This document shows, in pieces, positions 36,553-45,843 of a stretch of DNA of 55,238 bases (position 1 is its first letter; each line of letters begins with the position of its first letter). Position numbers and translations under genes: made by a program. The notes below the pieces were generated by a model. It had not been told where the DNA came from and made no database searches. It saw nothing but the letters and a program-made list of their open reading frames with translations. Origin of the DNA: Ornithinibacter sp. (GTDB lineage: Bacteria; Actinomycetota; Actinomycetes; Actinomycetales; Dermatophilaceae); contig DASSQL010000367.1 in assembly GCA_035702525.1 (NCBI GenBank), positions 1-55,238 of the forward strand. Reading direction: 5' to 3'.

Positions 36553-38153
36553 GCGGGTTCGTCCTCGGCGTCGACCTCGGCACCGGGGGCCCCCGGGTCG
36601 CGCTCGCCGGTACCGACGGGGTGCTCGTCGGCCACGAGAAGGAGACCGTCGAGCTGCGGCTGCTCCCGGGCGGGGGGGCCGAGCAGGACCCCGATGACTG
36701 GTGGCGAGCGATCCTGACGGCGAGCGGGCGCCTGCGCGAACGGCATCCGGCTGAGTACGCGCGGGTGGCGGCCATCTGCATGAGCAGCCAGTGGGGCGGC
36801 CTGGTGCCGGTCGACGCCGACGGCCGGCCCGTGCACCCGGCCCTGACCTGGATGGATGCGCGCGGCGCCCGGTACTCGCAGGAGCTCACCGGCGGTGGCC
36901 TGCGGGTGCCCGGGGGCTACAACGCACGGGCGCTGCGGCACTGGCTGTCGAGGACGGGCGGGGTGCCCACCCGCACCGGTAAGGACCCGGTGGGGCAGGC
37001 GGCCTGGCTGCGCCACGAGCGCCCGGAGGTCGATGCCGCCGCGGTGTGGCTGCTCGACGTGCCCGAGTACCTCACCATGCGGCTGACCGGTCGCGCCGTC
37101 GCCGGCTGGGACACCGCCGTGCTGCGCTGGTGCACCGACAACCGTGACCCCTCCGCCGTCGTCTGGGACCCGGCCCTGGCGCAGCGCTGCGGGCTCGACG
37201 TGCGCCGGCTGCCCGAGCTGGTGCGCCCCGCGAGCGTGGTGGGCACCGTGCTGCCGGCGGTCGCCGCCGACCTGGGCCTGCCCGACGGGGTGCGCGTCGT
37301 CGCCGGCACCGGCGACACGACCGCCGCAGCCGTGGGGGCCGGTGCCACCGAGGAGTACGACGCGCACCTCTACGTCGGCACCTCGGCGTGGCTCAGCTGC
37401 CACGTGCCGTTCAAGCGCACCGACATCGTGCACAACATCGCCTCGCTGCCCTCGGTCGTGCCCGGCACGTACTGGGTCGCCACCGTGCAGGACGTCGCGG
37501 GCAAGGCCGTCGACTGGCTGCTCGACTCGGTGGTCTACGCCCAGGACGGCATGCTCGAGGCCGCACCCCGTCCGGCCGACGCGCTCGACCGGCTCAACGC
37601 GCTCGCCGCGAGCGCACCACCGGGCTGCAACGGGGTCGTGTTCACGCCGTGGCTCAACGGCGAGCGCACCCCCGTCGACGACCCCACCGTGCGCGGCGGC
37701 TGGTTCAACGTGTCACTGTCGACCACCCGGGCCGACCTCGCGCGCAGTGTCTTCGAGGGCATCGCGCTCAACACCCGCTGGATGCTCGAGGTGGTGGAGG
37801 GGTTCACCAGGCGCGGTGCGCCGGCGGGGCTCTCGTCGCTGCGGTTCATCGGCGGCGGCGCGAGCTCGGCGCTGTGGTGCCAGACCATGGCCGACGTCCT
37901 GCAGGTGCCGGTGCGCCAGGTCGCCGACCCCGTCGTGGCCAACGCCCGCGGGGCCGCGCTGATCGCGGCGATCGGGGTGGGCGAGCTGGACTGGGCCGAC
38001 GTGCCCTCCCGGGTGGAGATCGCGGCCACGTACACCCCCGACCCGGCGGCCCGGGCGGTGCACGACCGGCAGTACGCCGCGTTCCGTGACATCTACCGCC
38101 GCACCCACGGCCTGTACGCCCGCCACAACGCGGGGCGCGGCGACGCCGACTGA
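36549..38153 (+). CDS. FGGY-family carbohydrate kinase (xylulokinase-like)
   Basis: ATGA overlap; GVDLGTGG, EQDP, TWMDAR, GTGD, VGTS, PWLNGERTP, FEGIA, IGGGA...WCQTMADV. Confidence 0.92.
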   Translation: MSGFVLGVDLGTGGPRVALAGTDGVLVGHEKETVELRLLPGGGAEQDPDDWWRAILTASGRLRERHPAEYARVAAICMSSQWGGLVPVDADGRPVHPALTWMDARGARYSQELTGGGLRVPGGYNARALRHWLSRTGGVPTRTGKDPVGQAAWLRHERPEVDAAAVWLLDVPEYLTMRLTGRAVAGWDTAVLRWCTDNRDPSAVVWDPALAQRCGLDVRRLPELVRPASVVGTVLPAVAADLGLPDGVRVVAGTGDTTAAAVGAGATEEYDAHLYVGTSAWLSCHVPFKRTDIVHNIASLPSVVPGTYWVATVQDVAGKAVDWLLDSVVYAQDGMLEAAPRPADALDRLNALAASAPPGCNGVVFTPWLNGERTPVDDPTVRGGWFNVSLSTTRADLARSVFEGIALNTRWMLEVVEGFTRRGAPAGLSSLRFIGGGASSALWCQTMADVLQVPVRQVADPVVANARGAALIAAIGVGELDWADVPSRVEIAATYTPDPAARAVHDRQYAAFRDIYRRTHGLYARHNAGRGDAD

Positions 38154-38220
38154 GAGAGGACCTGGAGGCCGCCCGACCGCCTCTAAGGATTTCCACAGGT
38201 TGGCGGAGGACGATACAGAG

Positions 38221-39375
38221 ATGGCCCTCATGCAGCGGGCCCGCAGGGGTTCCATGGTCGCCGCGGCCGCGCTCGTGGTGGCGGGGCTGTCGTGCGCCCC
38301 TGAGGCCTGGGCCACCGATGCCCCGCGACCGGGTGCGACCCCGTCGCCCACCGGCAGCACCCCTTCGAGCACCCCCGGCCCGACGGTGCCCAGTGCCGCC
38401 GAGGTCGCGAAGGCGAAGGCCGCCGCCGCGGCGGTGGCCAAGGAGGTCGCCGACATCACGGCACAGGTGGCGAAGGCCGAGGCCCGGCTCGAGGTGCTGC
38501 AGCGCGGCGTGGCCGATGCCGTGACGGCGCAGGAGGAGGCGCAGCGGCAGCTGGCCGCCGCCGAGGCGTCGCTGCTGCGCGCGACCGCGAACCTCGCGAC
38601 GGCCCAGCTGGTGCGCGCGAACGCCGACCGCTCGCTCTCCGCGACGGCCGCCCAGCTGTACATGCAGGGCAGCGACCTGCAGGACCTGACCACCCTGGTG
38701 CTCGCCCCACCCAACGTGATGTCCGACCTCGCGATGGTGATGGACCGCAACGCGCACCGGGTGCGCGACGACCTCGACGCCGCCACGTCGGCGGCGCAGG
38801 ACGCCGCCACCCAGGAGCGGCTGCTCGGCGATGCCCGCGATGCCCGCGACCTCGCGGCCACGGAGGCGCTCGGCACGCTCGACGCCGCGAAGAAGGAGGC
38901 CGACCTGGCGGGCGCGGAGGCAGCCACCCTCGGGCAGAAGCAGGAGGAGCTGACCGCGCGGCTGGTCGTGCTCGAGCAGGGCGCCGCCGACCTCGAGGGG
39001 CTGCGCGAGGCTGCTGCGCGACTCGGCAGCACCGGTCTGGTCGGGGTGCAGGCGTCCGGGGGCGCACCCCGGGCCGCCCAGGAGATCGCCCGCCTGAAGA
39101 TGGCGTCCTACGGCTGGGACGCGGGGGAGTTCACCTGCCTCGTCGGGCTCTGGAACGCCGAGTCGGGGTGGAGCTGGAGTGCCACCAACCCGTCGTCGGG
39201 GGCGTACGGCATCCCGCAGGCGCTGCCCGGCTGGAAGATGGCGAGCGCGGGCAGCGACTGGCTCACCAACCCGGCCACCCAGATCAGCTGGGGGATGGGC
39301 TACATCCGGTCGGTGTACGGCTCGCCGTGCAAGGCCTATGAGCGGTTCCGCTCCCGGTCGCCGCACTGGTACTGA
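38221..39375 (+). CDS. Secreted coiled-coil protein with C-terminal lytic transglycosylase (SLT-like) domain
   Basis: Signal peptide, long Ala-rich coiled coil, LWNAESGW (catalytic Glu), NPSSGAYGIPQALP, NPATQISWG, C-terminal WY. Confidence 0.85.
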   Translation: MALMQRARRGSMVAAAALVVAGLSCAPEAWATDAPRPGATPSPTGSTPSSTPGPTVPSAAEVAKAKAAAAAVAKEVADITAQVAKAEARLEVLQRGVADAVTAQEEAQRQLAAAEASLLRATANLATAQLVRANADRSLSATAAQLYMQGSDLQDLTTLVLAPPNVMSDLAMVMDRNAHRVRDDLDAATSAAQDAATQERLLGDARDARDLAATEALGTLDAAKKEADLAGAEAATLGQKQEELTARLVVLEQGAADLEGLREAAARLGSTGLVGVQASGGAPRAAQEIARLKMASYGWDAGEFTCLVGLWNAESGWSWSATNPSSGAYGIPQALPGWKMASAGSDWLTNPATQISWGMGYIRSVYGSPCKAYERFRSRSPHWY

Positions 39376-39445
39376 CGGCACCCGCCCGCTCCTCCGCGAC
39401 CGTCGACGCCCCGTGTCGTGGGATGCCGTGCGCTAGGTTGCGCTG

Positions 39446-40720
39446 ATGAACGAGCCCACCGGGGCGCAGACCCCGGGGACGGAGGAGGGCGTGGGTGAGC
39501 GCGCCATCGACGCGCTCCTCGCACAGGCCCGGTACGCGGCGCCGCACGAGCTTCCCGAGCTGGTGACCGAACAGGCGGTGCGCCTGGGGGCGCTCGACGC
39601 GACGATCTACCTGGTCGACCTGCAGCAGGTGTCACTCACCCCCTTCATCGGGCAGGCCGGCCCGGGGGCGGCACCGCGTCCCACGCTCCTGCCGGTCGAC
39701 TCCACCGTGGCCGGGCGGGTGCACCAGCACGGGCAGGCCATCGTGCAGCCCGGCCCGGAGACCGGCGCGACCGTGTGGTTGCCGCTGCACGACGGCGCCA
39801 CCCGCCTCGGCGTGCTCTCCGTGCACGTCGCCGACCCCGACGACGTGGCCACCCCGCAGGATCGGCTGTCGGTCTGGCTCGGCCGGTTCGCCTCCCTCGT
39901 GGGCCAGCTCGTGGCCCTGCGCGCCCGCTACGGCGACAGCATCGTCGTCGCCACGCGCTCGGCCGAGGTGGGTCTGGCCGCGGAGATCCAGTGGGGACTG
40001 CTGCCACCGCTGACCTTCGCCTCCGCCCAGGTGTCCGTGGCCGGCATCCTCGAACCTGCCTACGACGTCGCCGGCGACTCCGTCGACTACGCGGTCGACC
40101 CGGGCGTCGCCCGCATCGCCATCTTCGACGGCATGGGGCACGGGCTGCGCAGCGCCCAGCTGGCCGCCCTGTCCGTCGCGGCCTATCGCAACGCCCGGCG
40201 AGGTGGCCGCTCGCTCACGGCGACGGCGGCCGCCATCGACGAGGCCGTGGAGGCGGGGTCGGGCGGGGAGTCGTACACCACGGCCGTCCTCGCCGAGCTG
40301 GACACCGGCACCGGGCAGCTGTCCTGGGTGAACGCGGGCCACCCCGAACCGTTGCTGCTGCGCCAGGGGCAGCTCGTTCGAAGCCTGCACGTCGACCCCG
40401 GCCTGCCGTTCGGGCTCGGGCTGCGCGACACCGACCACGCCTATGCGGTGGGTACCGAGCAGCTCGAGCCCGGTGACCAGGTGCTCTTCCACACCGACGG
40501 CGTCACCGAGGCCCGGTCGCCGGCGGGTGACCAGTTCGGGGTCGACCGGCTCGTCGACCTCCTTGCCCGCACGGTCGCCGAGAACCTGACGCCCGCGGAG
40601 TCGATGCGCCGCGTGGGACGCGAGCTGCTCGCGCACCAGGAGGCCCACCTCACCGACGACGCCACCCTCCTGCTCCTGCACTGGCCGGGCCAGGCCGTGG
40701 CTGGCGAGGGGCCGGGCTGA
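39446..40720 (+). CDS. SpoIIE/RsbU-type PP2C phosphatase with N-terminal GAF-like domain
   Basis: VAGD, IFDGMGHG, NAGHP, HTDGVTE, DDATL; TAGGTT -10 six bp upstream (probably leaderless). Confidence 0.9.
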   Translation: MNEPTGAQTPGTEEGVGERAIDALLAQARYAAPHELPELVTEQAVRLGALDATIYLVDLQQVSLTPFIGQAGPGAAPRPTLLPVDSTVAGRVHQHGQAIVQPGPETGATVWLPLHDGATRLGVLSVHVADPDDVATPQDRLSVWLGRFASLVGQLVALRARYGDSIVVATRSAEVGLAAEIQWGLLPPLTFASAQVSVAGILEPAYDVAGDSVDYAVDPGVARIAIFDGMGHGLRSAQLAALSVAAYRNARRGGRSLTATAAAIDEAVEAGSGGESYTTAVLAELDTGTGQLSWVNAGHPEPLLLRQGQLVRSLHVDPGLPFGLGLRDTDHAYAVGTEQLEPGDQVLFHTDGVTEARSPAGDQFGVDRLVDLLARTVAENLTPAESMRRVGRELLAHQEAHLTDDATLLLLHWPGQAVAGEGPG

Positions 40721-40730
40721 ACCGGTCGCC

Positions 40731-41129
40731 CTACCCGACGTCGAAGGCGGCCCACACCGACTTGCCGACGCCCGCGTCGACCACCACGCCCCAGTCACGG
40801 CTCACGACGTCGACGATGGCCATCCCACGGCCGACGACGTCGTCGTCCCCGGCCTCCACCAGCACCGGCATCGACACCGACCCGTCCTCCACCGCGAGGA
40901 CCACGTCGTCGGGGAAGGCCGTGATCGTCACCGTGAACGCCGTCCCGGCGTGCCGCAGGGCATTGGTCGCCAGCTCGCTCGCCACCAGGGTGACGTCGTC
41001 GACGAGCAGGGCCAGGTCGTGCCCGGTCAGGTGCTCGCGGACGAACCGCCGAGCGGTGGCGACGCTCTGCCGCTCCGGCGCCAGGGTGATCCCGTGGGCC
41101 CACAGGGGTCCGACTCTCCGACTCACCAT
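40731..41129 (-). CDS. RsbW-like anti-sigma factor / HATPase_c kinase
   Basis: ARRFVR, LVASELATNALRH (N box), VEDG, GRGMAIV, GKSVW; start trimmed to ATG 41129. Confidence 0.88.
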   Translation of the reverse strand: MVSRRVGPLWAHGITLAPERQSVATARRFVREHLTGHDLALLVDDVTLVASELATNALRHAGTAFTVTITAFPDDVVLAVEDGSVSMPVLVEAGDDDVVGRGMAIVDVVSRDWGVVVDAGVGKSVWAAFDVG

Positions 41130-41389
41130 CCACCCCCCCGCCCTCGCCGCAGCAGGCACTGCCGCTACGGCAGACGTCAGTGCATGGTCTGGGCACGAAT
41201 GTGACGCCGTATGCCTCCACCGTAGCCAGCCGAGGTGCGCCGTGGTCCCTCCCGTGAGGGCCATCTGGTGTGACCCCGGGCCCACACCCGGGATCGGCGT
41301 GGTGATTGCCGCTAAGGTCGACGGGTCAGAACCGTTCGCCCGTGACCGCGGTGACGCTCGAGCCCTTCCGCAGAGGCCAAGGAGAGCGC

Positions 41390-42160
41390 ATGCGCGAGTC
41401 GGATCCTCGGATCAGCGGTGGTGGGGATGACGAGCTCACGGCCCGGATGGCCCACGCCAACCGCCTCATCGACGACGAGCCGCGTCGGGCGCGCGGGCGC
41501 CGCGGCCACATCGGTCGGCTGGACCGGTTGTGTTCGGTGCTGACCCGGGTGCTGCCGGCGTCCGGGGTCGGGCTCAGCCTCCTCACCGATGACAACCACG
41601 GAGGCACGGTCGCCGCGTCCGACGCGAGGAGCCGCAACCTCGAAGAGCTGCAGTTCACCCTGGGCGAGGGCCCCTGCATCGACGCCTACGTCTCGCGCCG
41701 GCCCGTGCTCGAGCCCGATCTCGACACGCACGGCGCCCGACGCTGGCCCGGCTACGCCCTGGCCGCGCAGGAGCACGGCGTCCACGCCGTCTTCGCGTTC
41801 CCGCTGCAGGTCGGGGCGGCTCGCGCCGGGGCCCTCGACGTCTACCGAGCCGAGGCGGGGTCGCTCAGTGCCGAGGCCCTCACCCAGGCGGTCACCTTCG
41901 CCGACGTGGCGATGGGGCTCCTCGTCGACGGCCAGGCACAGGCCGGCGAGCACCGCGCCTCCACCGACCTGGACCACGCACTGGCCAACCGCCTCGAGGT
42001 CTACCAGGCCCAGGGCATGGTGATGGTCGACCTCGGCGTGGGCATCGAGGAGGCCATGGCCCGGCTGCGGGCGCACGCCTTTGCCGAGGGCCGATCCATC
42101 GGGGATGTCGCCCAGGACATCGTCGCCGGTAAACTGGTCCTGGATCGGGACCGCACATGA
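41390..42160 (+). CDS. GAF plus ANTAR domain protein
   Basis: RBS AAGGAG; LEELQFTLGEGPC, AFPL (GAF); VYQAQGMVM...AMARLRAHA...VAQDIV (ANTAR). Confidence 0.88.
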   Translation: MRESDPRISGGGDDELTARMAHANRLIDDEPRRARGRRGHIGRLDRLCSVLTRVLPASGVGLSLLTDDNHGGTVAASDARSRNLEELQFTLGEGPCIDAYVSRRPVLEPDLDTHGARRWPGYALAAQEHGVHAVFAFPLQVGAARAGALDVYRAEAGSLSAEALTQAVTFADVAMGLLVDGQAQAGEHRASTDLDHALANRLEVYQAQGMVMVDLGVGIEEAMARLRAHAFAEGRSIGDVAQDIVAGKLVLDRDRT

Positions 42161-42212
42161 GCCCCACAGCAGCGACGCGCTGGCGCGCCACACGAGCGGG
42201 AGGCCGGACCGC

Positions 42213-42938
42213 ATGATCGCCGTCGATCGCCTGGCCGAGGTCTTCGTCGAGGTGGCTGACACCCTCGTCGACGACTTCGACGTCATCGAGTTCCTGGAGT
42301 CGCTGACCAGGCACACCGCCGAGGTCAGTGACACGGCATCGGCCGGCCTGCTCCTGACCGACGCGCACGGCCGGCTGCAGTACATGGCGTCCTCGGCGTC
42401 GTCGGTGAAGATGCTCGAGCTGTTCCAGCTGCAGTACCAGGAGGGCCCCTGCCTGGACTGCTTCAACACCGGCACCGCCGTCGTCAACAGCGACCTGCAC
42501 CAGGCCGGGGAGCGGTGGCCACGGTTCGCGCCGCGTGCCGTCGAGGCCGGGTTCCAGTCGGTGCACGCCTTCCCGCTGCGTCACCGCCAGAAGGTGATCG
42601 GGGCGCTGAACCTGTTCAGCGCCGACGTCGGGCGCCTCCAGGAGATCGACGTCCGCATCATCCAGTGCCTGGCCGACATCGCCACCATCGGGCTCCTCCA
42701 GGAACGCACCATCCGCAGCGGCGAGATCCTCACCGAGCAGCTGCAGAGCGCCCTCAACAGCCGGATCACGATCGAGCAGGCCAAGGGCGTCCTGGCCCGC
42801 ACGCACGGCATCAGCGTCGACGCCGCGTTCGAGCGGATGCGCGGCTACGCCCGCGCTCACCACCACCGGCTCAGCGACGTGGCCCACGATGTGGTCGCCG
42901 AGCCCGGTCGCCACCCGGAGCTCACCACGGCGGTCTGA
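42213..42938 (+). CDS. GAF plus ANTAR domain protein
   Basis: RBS GGGAGG; LELFQLQYQEGPC; QLQSALNSRITIEQAKGVL...AFERMRGYAR...LSDVA (ANTAR). Confidence 0.9.
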   Translation: MIAVDRLAEVFVEVADTLVDDFDVIEFLESLTRHTAEVSDTASAGLLLTDAHGRLQYMASSASSVKMLELFQLQYQEGPCLDCFNTGTAVVNSDLHQAGERWPRFAPRAVEAGFQSVHAFPLRHRQKVIGALNLFSADVGRLQEIDVRIIQCLADIATIGLLQERTIRSGEILTEQLQSALNSRITIEQAKGVLARTHGISVDAAFERMRGYARAHHHRLSDVAHDVVAEPGRHPELTTAV

Positions 42939-42962
42939 CCCGGTCGAGCGCGGGCCGGCCCG

Positions 42963-43358
42963 TCAGGCGAACGCGCCGGGCCGCATCGGCAGCCCGCCCG
43001 GGCGGGCGAGCGAGCGGTACATCGGCAGCCGCTGCGCCTGCAGTACGTCCAACAGGTCGAACAGGCGCCTGACCGACCCGGCGGCACCGGTCAGGACCAG
43101 CGGCACCCGCCGCCGAGCCGTCAGGAGCAGGTGGGCGGAGGCGACGTCGCAGAAGGTCAGGTCGGTGACGTCGACCTCGGCGGTCGTGTGGCCGAGGGTG
43201 GTGAGCAGCTCGAGCTCGCGCCGCAGCATCTCCAAGGTGGCGATGTCGGCCTCACCGGACAGCTCGAGCACCCAGGGGCGGCCGTCACGGTGACGGGCCC
43301 GCAGGGTTGCGCACGAGACGGTTCGCGACCACAGAGGCGTTGCGACGACGGTTCCCAT
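42963..43358 (-). CDS. STAS-domain anti-sigma factor antagonist
   Basis: LSGEADIAT, VDVTDLTFCDVAS, VRRLFDLL; start trimmed to ATG 43358. Confidence 0.75.
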   Translation of the reverse strand: MGTVVATPLWSRTVSCATLRARHRDGRPWVLELSGEADIATLEMLRRELELLTTLGHTTAEVDVTDLTFCDVASAHLLLTARRRVPLVLTGAAGSVRRLFDLLDVLQAQRLPMYRSLARPGGLPMRPGAFA

Positions 43359-43459
43359 GGTGACTCCGGCGGTGGTGGGTGACGCCACCGGGGTCCCGGG
43401 CAGCCGTGCTCCTTCGAGTGTAGGTCGCGGTGTCAACCGCTGGCGCGGTCCGAGACGGC

Positions 43460-45583
43460 TCAGCGGGCCGCCAGTGCGTCGGTGAGCAGCGACACCAGCG
43501 CCTCGAGCTGCACGTCGGCCGACGAGCCGACCTCCTCGTCGGAGCCGTCGAGGGCCCTGGCCGCGAGCCCGGCCTTGTCGTCGATGAGCTCGGCGAGGCG
43601 CGAGTCGATGGTCTGGGCGGCGATGATCCGCCACGCGGTGACCGGCTCGGTCTGACCGATGCGGTGCACCCGGTCGATGGCCTGGGTCTGCTCCGCCGAA
43701 GTCCAGGACAGCTCTGCCAGAACGAGGTTCGAGGCGACCTGGAGGTTCAGGCCCACGCCGGCCGCGGTGAGGGAGCACACGACGACGGCGACGTCGGGGT
43801 CGGTGAGGAACGCCTCGATGTTGGCCTTGCGCACCTTCGGCGTCTGGTCGCCACGGATGGAGGCGTAGCGAAGGCCGCGCTTGGCGAACGTCTGCTCGGC
43901 GGTGTCCATGACGTCGATGTGCTTGGCGAAGAACACGACCTTGCCGACGTTGCGGGCCAGCTGGGCGGCGTAGTCGGCGGCGAGACCGGCCTTGGCCTGG
44001 CCGATCTTGCGCATCACGGTGAACACGTTGTCGCCGGTCTTGTCCGAGCCGGCGTTCTTGCGCTCCGCCACGGCGACCCGGCGCACCAGGTCGTGGTCGA
44101 TGCCCTCGATGTCGACGACCACCGGACGGGCGGCCAGCGCCGCGTCGTACCGGGCGACCAGGCGGCGGGCGAGCTCCTGCTCCGCGGCGCGGATCGAGCG
44201 GCCGGCCTCGTCGTCGAGCTCGACCGGCAGGTCGGCCACGCGGCGGGCGGGGATGTCGGAGGCGACGTCGACCTTGCGGCGGCGCACGATGCCGAGGTCG
44301 ATGACGCTGGTGCGCGCGGCGGCGTAGAACCCGCGGTCGGCCGGGGTCAGGCCGGTCTCCTCGAGGGCCGCCATGAGGGTGCGGTTCGGCTTCTTCTCGC
44401 CGATCCAGCCGAGGAACTGCCAGATCGCCTTGAAGTCCTCGATGTCGTTGATGAGCGGCGTCCCGGTGAGGGCCATCAGCAGCGCGTTGGCGCTGCGCGA
44501 CCGGATGCGCTCGGACAGCTCGAGCACGTGCTGCGAGCGCTGCGACGACTTGTTCTTGATGAAGTGCGCCTCGTCGACGACCATGCCGCGGAAGCCGTGG
44601 TTGCCCAGCCAGCCCACGTGCCGGTCGAGGATCTCGTAGTTGACGATGACGATGTCGGCGAAGCCGTCGATGGTGTCACCGTCACCGTGGATGACCGTGG
44701 CCTTGCGGCGGGGGGTCCACAGCTCGGCCTCGTGGGCCCAGTTCGTCTTGACGACGTTCGGCACGACCACGAGCAGGGGGAAGGCGTCGGCGGCATCGGC
44801 GGCGAGCAGCGCCTGCGCGGTCTTGCCCAGGCCCGGCTCGTCGGCGAGCAGGAAGGTGCGGTGGCCGGCCGCGGCCGCCGCCACGACCTGGGCCTGGTGG
44901 TGCATCAGCTCCAGGCCCCGGATGCCGTGCACCACGTCCGCCGGCTCGGGCAGCGGCATGCAGGTGGCGTCGCCGCCGTACTCGAAGGCGCGGAAGAGGG
45001 GGGTGAGCAGCTCCCAGCTCGCGAGCCGGTTGGTGGTCGGTCGGGCGACCGGCACCGCCGAGAAGTCGGGTGCGAGGAAGGGGTTCGCCAGCTGGCGGGC
45101 GATGACCGTCTGGGGCACGACCCGGCGGGTGGTGGTCGCCGACTGGGTGGGGGCCTCGGGCTCCGGCTCCGGTGCGGGCTCGCGTCCGGCGGATCGGAGC
45201 AGGTCGTTCTTGAGGTCGACCGCCTGGGGCGAGACGAAGGCCCCCTCGGCGAGCAGCTCGAGCAGGGAGGTGTCGCGGGCCGCGGTCTTGGCCAGGATCG
45301 TGGCGATGCCGTCGAGCCGTGACAGCATCGCGACCCGCTCGCTCTCCGCGGCGGTGGTGTCGGCCTTGACCCGGGCCCGTTCCTCGCGGACCAGGAGGGC
45401 GACCACCTGGTAGGCCGTGCGCCCGCTGGGCCGGACCTTGCCGCGCTGGGCGGCGGCCTCGACCTGCCGCACGGTCTTGGCGAGGACGGGGATGATTCCC
45501 TCGTCGTCACCGGCGTGCGAAGTGCGCCGGTCGCGCGGCGGGGTACGCGGCGCACCGGCTCGGCGCGATGTTCGCTGTGCCAA
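43460..45583 (-). CDS. SNF2-like superfamily 2 helicase
   Basis: LLADEPGLGKT, VVDEAH, LTGTPLIN, KVVFF, AGVGLNLQ, QAIDRVHRIGQ; probable TTG start at 45583 with AGAAGGA upstream. Confidence 0.9.
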   Translation of the reverse strand: MAQRTSRRAGAPRTPPRDRRTSHAGDDEGIIPVLAKTVRQVEAAAQRGKVRPSGRTAYQVVALLVREERARVKADTTAAESERVAMLSRLDGIATILAKTAARDTSLLELLAEGAFVSPQAVDLKNDLLRSAGREPAPEPEPEAPTQSATTTRRVVPQTVIARQLANPFLAPDFSAVPVARPTTNRLASWELLTPLFRAFEYGGDATCMPLPEPADVVHGIRGLELMHHQAQVVAAAAAGHRTFLLADEPGLGKTAQALLAADAADAFPLLVVVPNVVKTNWAHEAELWTPRRKATVIHGDGDTIDGFADIVIVNYEILDRHVGWLGNHGFRGMVVDEAHFIKNKSSQRSQHVLELSERIRSRSANALLMALTGTPLINDIEDFKAIWQFLGWIGEKKPNRTLMAALEETGLTPADRGFYAAARTSVIDLGIVRRRKVDVASDIPARRVADLPVELDDEAGRSIRAAEQELARRLVARYDAALAARPVVVDIEGIDHDLVRRVAVAERKNAGSDKTGDNVFTVMRKIGQAKAGLAADYAAQLARNVGKVVFFAKHIDVMDTAEQTFAKRGLRYASIRGDQTPKVRKANIEAFLTDPDVAVVVCSLTAAGVGLNLQVASNLVLAELSWTSAEQTQAIDRVHRIGQTEPVTAWRIIAAQTIDSRLAELIDDKAGLAARALDGSDEEVGSSADVQLEALVSLLTDALAAR

Positions 45584-45843
45584 GCGGATCCTTCTACTCA
45601 GTCGGACACGGCGTGGAGCCGACGGCGCGGGGCCCACCGAACCTCAAGGCGACGCGACTGCGTGGCCGACAGGACGGCATCCGGACCACCGCGGACGCGC
45701 GCCAGGGACCTAGCCCTGGCCCCCGTGTCACTGATGCGTCCTCGCCGAACGACGGGACGCACGCCAATCGTACGTCGTCCGGCGCCGGAACGGGTGCCCG
45801 GTGGGTCGCGAGACTCTGACGTGGGCTGTCGCACGGGTCCGGG

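Noticed and set aside
41130-41389. ANTAR dual-hairpin target RNA near the GAF-ANTAR genes
   Set aside because: Only single weak AxxGxx loops with 2-bp stems were found by eye; no convincing tandem pair. A covariance-model scan is needed.
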